A DNA stretch of 64,000 bases from Candidatus Obscuribacteraceae bacterium (lineage in GTDB: Bacteria; Cyanobacteriota; Vampirovibrionia; Obscuribacterales; Obscuribacteraceae): contig JBGAHS010000007.1 in the NCBI GenBank assembly GCA_044226015.1, positions 160,001 through 224,000 of the forward strand, given 5' to 3'. Position 1 is the first letter of the stretch. Every line of letters begins with the position of its first letter. Below are positions 29,501 to 37,400 of the stretch, piece after piece. The notes beneath the pieces are model-generated. The model was given only the letters and a program-made list of their open reading frames with translations. It was not told the DNA's origin and did not search any database. The position numbers and the translations under genes were made by a program.

Positions 29501-31105
29501 CCGAACCTTGCCTCCTTGCATATAAGCAGAGCTGCTGCTTTGCAGTACTCTGACAATTTCGCTGGCGCTCTTGATGAGTATCAGAAAGGCTATGACCTCG
29601 ATCAAAAAGGTCAGAAGGAAAGTCTCTACTTTATAGCTGCATTGCAGGAAAACTTCGGTAAGGGACCTCAGGCGCTCGCGACTTATCGCGACTACCTGAC
29701 GAAGAATCCTAGTGGACAGTATGTGAATCTCGCTAAGCAGAGGGTCGATGTTCTATCGAAGGATGTGACGAAGACGACCAAGATTCCGACATCTTCTCAG
29801 CGCGAAAATCAGGCACAGGTTGAAGGTTTGTATAACGATGCCGTTGCTGCATACAACAAAGCTGACTACCAGACCTGCGTTGCGAAGATGCAAGCGTTAC
29901 TTGGTGTTCCAGGAACGGAAAACGAGGCTGATTACCAGTATCAGCTGGGTCTAGGTTACACAGGTTTGAAAGACTTCGACGGAGCTGTCACAGCGCTGAA
30001 CAAAGCGGTACAACTGCAGCCAGGCAACAAGTCCTTTAAGGATGCGTTGAACAGCGTTAAGCAATTGAGAATTGCTCCGATTGTTGACCAGGCCGTTCAG
30101 AAACAAACTGCGGGCGATTTGCCTGGAGCCATTGAGCTCTACAAGCAAGCACTCGCGATGGACCCGAACAATGCCAGCATTCATACGAACTATGCAACAG
30201 CATTGCAAGGCACTGAAGACTTCGCTGGCGCCAGAACCGAGTTCGAGAAGGGCTTAAATCTGGATAGAAAAGCAAACTTGCAGAACCTCTACTTCATGGC
30301 TGTTATCGATGAGCACTTTGGCAAAGGACAGATTGCTCTAAATGAATACAGGCAATACGCTCAAGAAGCAGGACCAAGTGGTACTTACACATCTGCTGCT
30401 AATCTTCGAGTCAAGGCGTTGATGGCAAACGTCAATGCAACGCAGAAGATAGTTACCCAGGCCGAAGCCAGCAAGGCTGCAGGAGTTCAACAAGCCTACC
30501 AGGACGGTTATGCTGCTCAACAGGCTGGCAAGTTTGATGAAGCTATCGCTAAGTACACCGAAGCAATGAACGGTAGCCCGTCAGAGCCCGCTTATCCATT
30601 CGCTCTTGCTACGGCTTACGACAATAAGAACGACCTGGATAACGCCATCAAGTACTACGAAAAAGCAATCTCTATGAACAACAAGGAAAAATCATGGAAG
30701 GATGCTTTGAAGGGCGTCAAGCAACGTAAGGCTGCTCCATTTATTGAAGAAGCTTACAAGAAACAGACGACCCCAGATGCTGCCGGCAAGATGGATTTGT
30801 TGGGCGCCATCATCGCTTACGAAAATGCGCTTAAGATAGACGACGATGCCACCACGAGATTGAACCTCGGTACCGCATATCAAGGCAGCAATAACAATCC
30901 GAAGGCGATTGAAAATTACAAGAAAGCTCTGCAGATGGATCCAAATCAAGTCGATGCCTACTACTACTTAGGAACGGTTTACGACGGAATGAACCAGCAG
31001 CCTCTTGCAATTCCGCAATACAAGCTCTTCTTGCAGAAGGCGCCGGCCAATAACCCGAACGTACAAGCTTGTAAGGATCGCTTGAAGCAGTTGAACGTGA
31101 AATAG
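26552..31105 (+). CDS. Giant exported TPR protein (1517 aa) with five ~220-aa supra-repeats
   Basis: Signal peptide (LLLAATITLGLALPPLSFA); dense TPRs; alternative start at 26582. Confidence 0.9.
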   Translation: MQRKDVLELAMSTARNFGAFWFNNNRKRVSLLLAATITLGLALPPLSFAASERVVSLNNDGVNALKSSNYPLAVQKFQECLKVDPSYKLAKENLAICFNNWGISLQGSPAQAIDKFHKSLFYSPDNATAVQNLEVTIQNMGKNPRSFADRVELGKAARRSGDLEGGIVEFAEALKLKEDPALRVELGNLYYVRERVDDAIAQYNIAAKNPNLDPDIKAKVYRSLGQAYQAKQDYPHAVEAYNTAITLNRTDKETLEANKAVWMDAVKKDPTNPSNHVGLGQAYMYIGDFGQGEAELRTALMFDKSNAAANQLLARIPLAKRMFDRDKHMDNGVDLQQRKLYDAAIQEYNAALAADTSLSNPADRISVEIFLNLGSAYQAKEDYQSAISFYQKALQLKPDYQAAQEGLKVSQERLKGKQLDEAAADGANQFKAGNFAEALKRYQMILANNPKDPAAHFNVAATLQALKQIDQAIAEFKTAVQLAPDNKQYKDYLTKAIQDKADPIIDAAVKKHADKDYASAIPLYMQALAIVPDNTKVLFNLAACYYARQQFPEAQKLYEQLYQKDPKGYVDDLWLIGTILENSKRGTDALSTYTKYITEAPRGTYVTQAKDRIDALRKDPNDTMKIKSESEIAQDKQADDEYKAGVAAQQSKNFDEAYQHYMKAFTVKPKDPTIAFAIGTMFQQKGDIDSATKWFQNAIDLAAADSKFDKKTADEFKQALKQAKIDSAKPIVDEAVKRQASGDQTGAIELYQKALVSVPDNARIWTNLGQAYQLTDDFAKARDCYVKAVTLDPKNESADWYLIAKIDENYGQGPDAIKHYRQYLLGSPSGQYVADTNSRLAELSKDVTKTQKLPTQSEIKSTKLADDEYNAGLAAQKGGNPQEALGHYQKAVAAKPDESAYVEAIATCYQQLKDYDNALRSYDQAIALATKNNRQKDIEIYKQQRQSCAEEKAGPVVDQALEAFNAKNYAKAADLYGQAIQSVPNLASLHISRAAALQYSDNFAGALDEYQKGYDLDQKGQKESLYFIAALQENFGKGPQALATYRDYLTKNPSGQYVNLAKQRVDVLSKDVTKTTKIPTSSQRENQAQVEGLYNDAVAAYNKADYQTCVAKMQALLGVPGTENEADYQYQLGLGYTGLKDFDGAVTALNKAVQLQPGNKSFKDALNSVKQLRIAPIVDQAVQKQTAGDLPGAIELYKQALAMDPNNASIHTNYATALQGTEDFAGARTEFEKGLNLDRKANLQNLYFMAVIDEHFGKGQIALNEYRQYAQEAGPSGTYTSAANLRVKALMANVNATQKIVTQAEASKAAGVQQAYQDGYAAQQAGKFDEAIAKYTEAMNGSPSEPAYPFALATAYDNKNDLDNAIKYYEKAISMNNKEKSWKDALKGVKQRKAAPFIEEAYKKQTTPDAAGKMDLLGAIIAYENALKIDDDATTRLNLGTAYQGSNNNPKAIENYKKALQMDPNQVDAYYYLGTVYDGMNQQPLAIPQYKLFLQKAPANNPNVQACKDRLKQLNVK

Positions 31106-31117
31106 CGTTAGGGCTGC

Positions 31118-31684
31118 ATGTCTGCCATTCAGATACACGAGCTAGTGCCGCTCACTTATGTGAATGGTCCCGGTCCTCGTGCTTGCATCTGGGTGCAGGG
31201 ATGCTCTCTAGCCTGTGCGGGCTGCTTTAATCCTCAGACACACGAATTCGATCAGGGCAAGACTGTTGAGGTCAGCGAGCTTGTTGACTCCATACTTGGG
31301 CTCGAGCAGATCCAGGGTGTCACCATAAGTGGTGGCGAGCCGCTGCAGCAGTTTGACTCTGTTCTCGAACTCATTAACCTAATTCGTAAATTGAGCAGTC
31401 TTTCCATAGTCATTTTTTCTGGCTTTTGCCGTGAGGAGATTGAGCAAATGCCCAGAGCCAGTCTTCTAATGAAAAATGTCGATGTAATCGTTGCTGGACG
31501 CTACGAGCAAAACAAACATCTAGCTCGAGGTCTCTTGGGCTCTTCGAATCAAGAACTGATATTTTGCTCTGATAGGTATTCAAACCTGGACTTTCAATCT
31601 TTAGGCGACCTTGAGTTTGTGATAAATAAAGATGGAAGTATTACAATCACAGGAGTCGACATCCCCGGTTTCCCAAAGGGCTGA
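31118..31684 (+). CDS. Radical SAM protein, NrdG/organic-radical-activating-enzyme-like
   Basis: NGPGPR..IWVQGCSLACAGCFNP (CxxxCxxC), GVTISGGEP, GSSNQ. Confidence 0.9.
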   Translation: MSAIQIHELVPLTYVNGPGPRACIWVQGCSLACAGCFNPQTHEFDQGKTVEVSELVDSILGLEQIQGVTISGGEPLQQFDSVLELINLIRKLSSLSIVIFSGFCREEIEQMPRASLLMKNVDVIVAGRYEQNKHLARGLLGSSNQELIFCSDRYSNLDFQSLGDLEFVINKDGSITITGVDIPGFPKG

Positions 31685-31686
31685 AG

Positions 31687-34341
31687 ATGATGAGCAAGAA
31701 GGTCGAAGAGCAAATTTCAGCTGATAGCTGGCGACAGCTATTTGATTGTTCGGCTGCAGATCTTGGCGCTCTTGTTTCTCTTGCTGAGGAGAGTGGACGA
31801 TTTGCAGACAGGTGCAGAATTGTTCTTTCTGGTCTAAAGCAGGAGGAGGCTCGAATAGCATTATGTTCTCTCGCCATGCAAAAGGAGCGTCCCTGGCTTA
31901 ATACTATTCTGGCTACAAGCAGTTATTTGCCATCTGAGAAAAAACAGCATTCTGCTTTCTTTGTTATCACCCAACAATGGAATAAATATCTCCATCAGTA
32001 CAACAAGTCTGGCCATGCTGAGTTGTTTGAGCATATTAGCAGTGCCTCGGACTTTTCTCTTCGAATACTTGAGCAAATTGAGAAGACCGACGATGTTTCG
32101 TGCGTGAGGTTTATTCTGGACTTGTTGCTGGATAATTCTGTTTCCAGCATTTCTTTTACGACCAGGGCTGGAAAAAGCAGTTCGCTGGAAAATCGATTGC
32201 TGGTTGTCCTGGCTAATTTGGACGATGCCAATTGCCAGAAACTAGTTTTCCAAAAGTGGTTTGATACCCGAGATGACCGGCTGGCAAATCTAATACCGAA
32301 GTATCCTGCGCTCATCTGCCAGACGCTTGAGCATAATCTTTTGCGTCAATTGAAGTTTGGTGGCGTTGATGAGAGCAGTCTGGCTCATGCAAGCAAGATT
32401 GGGAGAGGACGTCTGGAAACTTTGACTGCGGAAGCTGTTCCTATTTTGCTTCGAGCCTGTCTGGATTTTGATGTTTCTGTCTCGCGAGCGGCAAGAAATC
32501 TTGTTACTCGTCTGGAGGATGCTGACGCGCAAAAAGAGATCCTCTCGATTTATCTTGGACAAGTGGAAGTTGAACCTGCACATTTGCGCGTGATTGAGCG
32601 ATTAGCAGCGCGGCTTAAGTACTCACCTGAGCAGAGAGATGATCAGGTATTGTTCAGGTTATTGCTTAGAGATTGGGATGCCTTCGTTGAATTAGATCCA
32701 CAAAGTAAAATTACACAACGCATCTACCAGTGGGCAAGTCAAAGCTTGCGTCAAAGAATTGCGCTGGCGCTAAAGGAAAGCTCAAGGTTCGAGTGGATCG
32801 TCAATGTTTGCGGTCCCGAAGGGAAAATAAAGCTCTCCGAAATGAGCAACGATGATTGGCAGTTGCTTCAAAAGAGCCTCTCTTCGACTTCGTCGTGGGA
32901 TGAGATTTGGAAGCTCATTCCTTTAATGCCGGCAGCAAACGCCAAAAAGTTTCTGCAACGCTTGCAGCAAGTTTCATGGAAACCCGCAGAATCTTCCGAC
33001 AAAGAGCGTTTTGGTAGATTGGTGAATTATGCCAATCGTCTCAGCACAGACCACCCTCCGATATGGAGTAACCTTGTGCTCTGGAAAACAATCGACCTTG
33101 GTGGACCTTTGCTCAATCAAATTCGCGGCGGACTCGAAATGTGGGAGTCGCGTTTTGCATTTGCTTTTGATGCCAGCGAGTTTTTCATGCTCGATAAAAA
33201 CAGCGAAGTACTCACATGGGCGTTGCCGTCTTGCTTGCCCGGAAGGTTTCATATCGATACGGATAATGCACTCACTGCTATTGCAGCAAGCCCCATTTCG
33301 CCATTACTTGCTCTGGGCACTCCTGGTGCTAATGTTCAGTTATGCGATCTGAATTCACGCCGTTCTGGCAAGAAATTGTTGCACGATTGCAAATCAGAAG
33401 AAGCTGGCAAAAGCCGAATAAAGAGCCTGAGTTTTAGTGCAAGCGGGGACTATTTGATGGCGATTCTGCGATCGACCGGACCCTCCCTCTGCTGCAATAC
33501 CATCAGCTATCAGACAGATTCGTGGAAGAAAACTCTTCCTCCGCTGCCACCATACTCAAACATTTCTGTCGATAATCAATGGCTTCTTTATTCCGAATTC
33601 AATCAAGTTCATCTTGAGAGAATGGATGGCAAACGTAGTCGCGTCGCCAGTATCCCGACATCTTTCCGTAGTGGTACGCTTCATTTCTTACCTGATGGCA
33701 GTGGTATCATTCGCGATGATGGTCGTCTCAGTTTGTACACTCTTCCAGGTTTGATTCGACTGCAAAAGGTTCATGCACCAGGTAGCATTTCGCGTTCCTT
33801 CATTGTTTCTGAGCAAAATCGTTATCGTGTAATCGGGCTGGTCGAGCCCGACTACAAATGGGTTCTCCTTGATTGTCCAAATAAAGAGCAGATTCACCCA
33901 AGCGAAGAACGATTGGTAGATCTTCGTTATCCTCCATGGCAGAGATCCGAAACTATCTCGTATCGCCAGGCATTGCTTGATGCCGGAGTGGACATAGAAT
34001 CCGTGGGAGACTTGAGCGATACCGATAGCCCTCAAAATGTCTGCCTCATCTTGAAAGACCCCAACTCGCAGTACCTTGCCGTTGTTCACACGAGTGGTAA
34101 GGTGAGTTTCTGGGTATCGGACCTCTTTCGTTTCGCCCAAACATCCGCAGCTTTGATGAGTGAATCTGAGCGCGCAACACTGCAGATGCGGCTGCACTCC
34201 TCTGAGACTAGCGAGACTGAGCTCAACTGGCTGAAATTTATATTTGAACTCAGTGGAACTTATGAGCACTGTGCCATTTCTATTGCTGAAACTGGAAATG
34301 ATTATGTCGAGCTTTCGGACTTTGACATTGAGATAGTTTGA
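31687..34341 (+). CDS. Hypothetical protein: helical (HEAT-like) N-terminal half plus degenerate WD40-like beta-propeller
   Basis: LTAIAASP..LLALG...VQLCD, IKSLSFSASGDYL, YLAV..SGKVSFW; ends in DFDIEIV. Confidence 0.65.
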   Translation: MMSKKVEEQISADSWRQLFDCSAADLGALVSLAEESGRFADRCRIVLSGLKQEEARIALCSLAMQKERPWLNTILATSSYLPSEKKQHSAFFVITQQWNKYLHQYNKSGHAELFEHISSASDFSLRILEQIEKTDDVSCVRFILDLLLDNSVSSISFTTRAGKSSSLENRLLVVLANLDDANCQKLVFQKWFDTRDDRLANLIPKYPALICQTLEHNLLRQLKFGGVDESSLAHASKIGRGRLETLTAEAVPILLRACLDFDVSVSRAARNLVTRLEDADAQKEILSIYLGQVEVEPAHLRVIERLAARLKYSPEQRDDQVLFRLLLRDWDAFVELDPQSKITQRIYQWASQSLRQRIALALKESSRFEWIVNVCGPEGKIKLSEMSNDDWQLLQKSLSSTSSWDEIWKLIPLMPAANAKKFLQRLQQVSWKPAESSDKERFGRLVNYANRLSTDHPPIWSNLVLWKTIDLGGPLLNQIRGGLEMWESRFAFAFDASEFFMLDKNSEVLTWALPSCLPGRFHIDTDNALTAIAASPISPLLALGTPGANVQLCDLNSRRSGKKLLHDCKSEEAGKSRIKSLSFSASGDYLMAILRSTGPSLCCNTISYQTDSWKKTLPPLPPYSNISVDNQWLLYSEFNQVHLERMDGKRSRVASIPTSFRSGTLHFLPDGSGIIRDDGRLSLYTLPGLIRLQKVHAPGSISRSFIVSEQNRYRVIGLVEPDYKWVLLDCPNKEQIHPSEERLVDLRYPPWQRSETISYRQALLDAGVDIESVGDLSDTDSPQNVCLILKDPNSQYLAVVHTSGKVSFWVSDLFRFAQTSAALMSESERATLQMRLHSSETSETELNWLKFIFELSGTYEHCAISIAETGNDYVELSDFDIEIV

Positions 34342-34454
34342 TTAACTCTGTTACAAGCTCTCCAATTATGGGTATGTAGTCCTTGGCGATACCTAACTAG
34401 TCACCTTCTCGTGGGCGCGTGTCCGAGTATTACTCTGACATTAGGGGGTTACGC

Positions 34455-37400
34455 GTGATCAAGGTTCGCAACTATTTGCACACAATGCTATCGCTTCAGC
34501 TGCTGGTCACGTCCGGCATGTTGGCTCATAGTTTGATGGGCACCATAGCGAAAGCTGAAAACTCCGGTGGCGGCAGACCCGGGTCTTCGGGCACAAGTGG
34601 TGTGCAGCTCGACTTGAGTTCCACCGCGGCATCGATATCTGGGTCAACCCTTGGCAAAAACGATGTTCCTATAGTAACTGGCGGCAAGACTGTCCTGGTC
34701 GGAGCCAACTCTGCGCTTACTCCCGCGCAATATCTCGCGGCTATGTCTGTCATTAATGGCGGGCTGCAGACACTTACAATCAACAGTGCTGGTCAGGCTA
34801 CTGGTGGATTGTTCCAGGTTCCAACCAGCACCAATTTGACCAGCATTAATGTTCCGAAGGGTGTCATCGGCGTGTACGATGTGGCTGGCAATCACGCGTT
34901 GAACCTCAGTGGTAACTTCACAAACTATGGCAACTTCTATTTGTTGTCCACCAACCATTCTGTGAATTCCGGCAGCCTCACTGCCCAAAACATAGTCAAC
35001 AATCAGGGTGCTCTCATCAGCTCAGTATTGCCCAGTCTCATCACATCGATTTTCGGGCTGGTAAATAATCTGAGTTTCTCACTGAATGCAGTTCAAAATT
35101 TGCATAATTTTGGTTCCATTACCAGCGCAGGGTCGCTCAACCTCACTGCTGGAAATCAGATTGTTAACGGACTTGCCAGTGTTACTTCAAGTGCTGCTCT
35201 TGCTAGCGTCACTGCGACAAACAACATTTCGCTAATTGCACCGAATATAACGAACATCGGCCAGATTACCAGCGCTTTGAACAACATTAATATACAGACC
35301 ACAAACATGCAAAATGCTGGTCTCTTGCAATCAATCAAGGGTGACATCAACATAAGCAATTTGATTGATCGCACTATGAATATCAACAATGTTGGTGGCA
35401 TGATCTCAGCCCACAGTAGTTTGAACTTCAGTTCTGATACATCGAGAGCTGTTCTGTCTGTCGTTGGTGGCAATCTCCAGGCAAATGCAATCAATTTTGA
35501 TAATCCACAAGGAACCGTGTCTGTTTCAGTAGATGACATTTCTCGCAACCTTAATTTCGATGCAAGAAGGGTCACACTCTCTGTTTCCAAAGGCAGCTCG
35601 GGGCTAGACCTCAGAGGACTGGACAACTCTCGCTCTGTGGCATTGACCTATACAGGCAGTGGTGACATTTTCACAAGTGGCTTCACTACCCGCGGCAAGG
35701 ACGTCAGCATCGACACCACAGGTTCCATATCAATAGATGGACAGATTCTCACAAGCAGAAAAAATAAGGGAGATGGCGGCAACGTCTTCTTGAGTGCTGG
35801 GCAAGACCTTCTTGTTGGTGACATAAGCACAGCCGGAAAACAAGGCGGCGATGGCGGCAATATCACACTTATAGCTGGTGGAACTGTTGGCGCCAGTCAA
35901 CTTGTTGCATCCGGTGGCGCCAGTGGCAACCCCGGTGTTATAACTATTGAATCTGGAAAGTCGGGTTCTGGCGACACTACTGTTAGTGGAATTCTCGACA
36001 ATGGAGTCGCTGGCGGTGGGGTTGTAAGCATCACTAGCCCTGGCGGCATCACTGCTGGAACCATTTCCGCAATCAACGGTACCGTCACCATCAATAGCCA
36101 AACCACGAAGATAGACAAAATTGATGTTGGAAATGATGGTCAATTGAGTTTGAATCCATCTAAAGACAGCACTGGACCATACATTGTTGATCTCGGCGAT
36201 CTCTCTCATTTCGGAACAGGAAACATCAGCATCGGTGGCGGTGCAGGTGGACCGCTTAGTACAGACATTGTCGTGACTGGAAACTGCGACCATTGCCTCG
36301 GTAATGTCACAAGCATATCCTTAAATACGCAAGGTAGTTACAAGGCAACAGGCACTTCCCTGGTATTAGACGAGGGGCAATCTTATTCAGTCTCTGCTGA
36401 TCTCGGTGTGTTCACTGGCTCTGTGAGCGGTGGCAGTAGCATTTCGTTTACATCTAAGGGTGTAGTAACAGTAGATGGAACCATTAGCAACCCACACGTT
36501 GAATTGTCTGGAAGTGGTTTTGATATCAGCTCACCTATTCATGCAGAAGGTGGAACTGTCTCGTTGCTTCCAACTTCGTCGTCCACGGTGATAAATGGCT
36601 CGCAATTATCAAACGTAAATACATCGACATTGAACATAGGCAATGGCAGCAGCGGTAGTGTTCAAATTACAGGTACTGCAGATTTGACCCATGTCACTGA
36701 CCATGTTGGCGTTAATCTAAGTGGCGACTTCAATGCAGCCAATGCAACGATGAATCTTGCTAACAATGCCTCGATGGTTATTAATGCTAACAATGTAAAC
36801 ACAGGGGCAGTCAATGGTGGCGTTGCCTACGTTGTAAACGCCAGAGGCTCACTTGATGTTAGCGGCAACTTGAATATTCCTAATGGACCAGTAGTACTGA
36901 ATGGCGATTTAAATGCAAGTGGTGCATCTATTAATTTGCACTCCGGCACTTCAATTACTGCTGCGGCTGTTTCAGTCATGAGCCCGATGGGAGCAATTTC
37001 CAGTGGCAGTCAGATTAAGTCTTTGAATGCTGAAATTGCTTTTGACGCGGGGTCTTCCCTGACCTTCCTTGATGCTGCGTCAATCAAGGCGGCAACAAAT
37101 GTTAATCTTAGTTCTGGAGCCAATATGACCTTCGGCAGTCAATCGGGCTCTGGCGTCTTGGTGAGTGCTGGTTATTTGTCGTCTTCTGTTGATCCATTCC
37201 ATCAAACCGGTACTGTTTCTGATTCCATGCTTGGAACTGGTGGCAACATCAACATCAATACTTTCAAGAATGGCTCTGCCAGTGGTGACGTAAGCCTGGG
37301 CAATCAGGTAAGTCTTGTGGCAGCTGGTAGCGGAAACACCGGCAATGTTGCTGTGTTGAGTGGTGGCAATATCAATGTCGGAGCCGCCAAGTTGGCTTCC

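Noticed and set aside
31118..31684. Assigning the symbol nrdG
   Set aside because: Family resemblance only; no nrdD in the window
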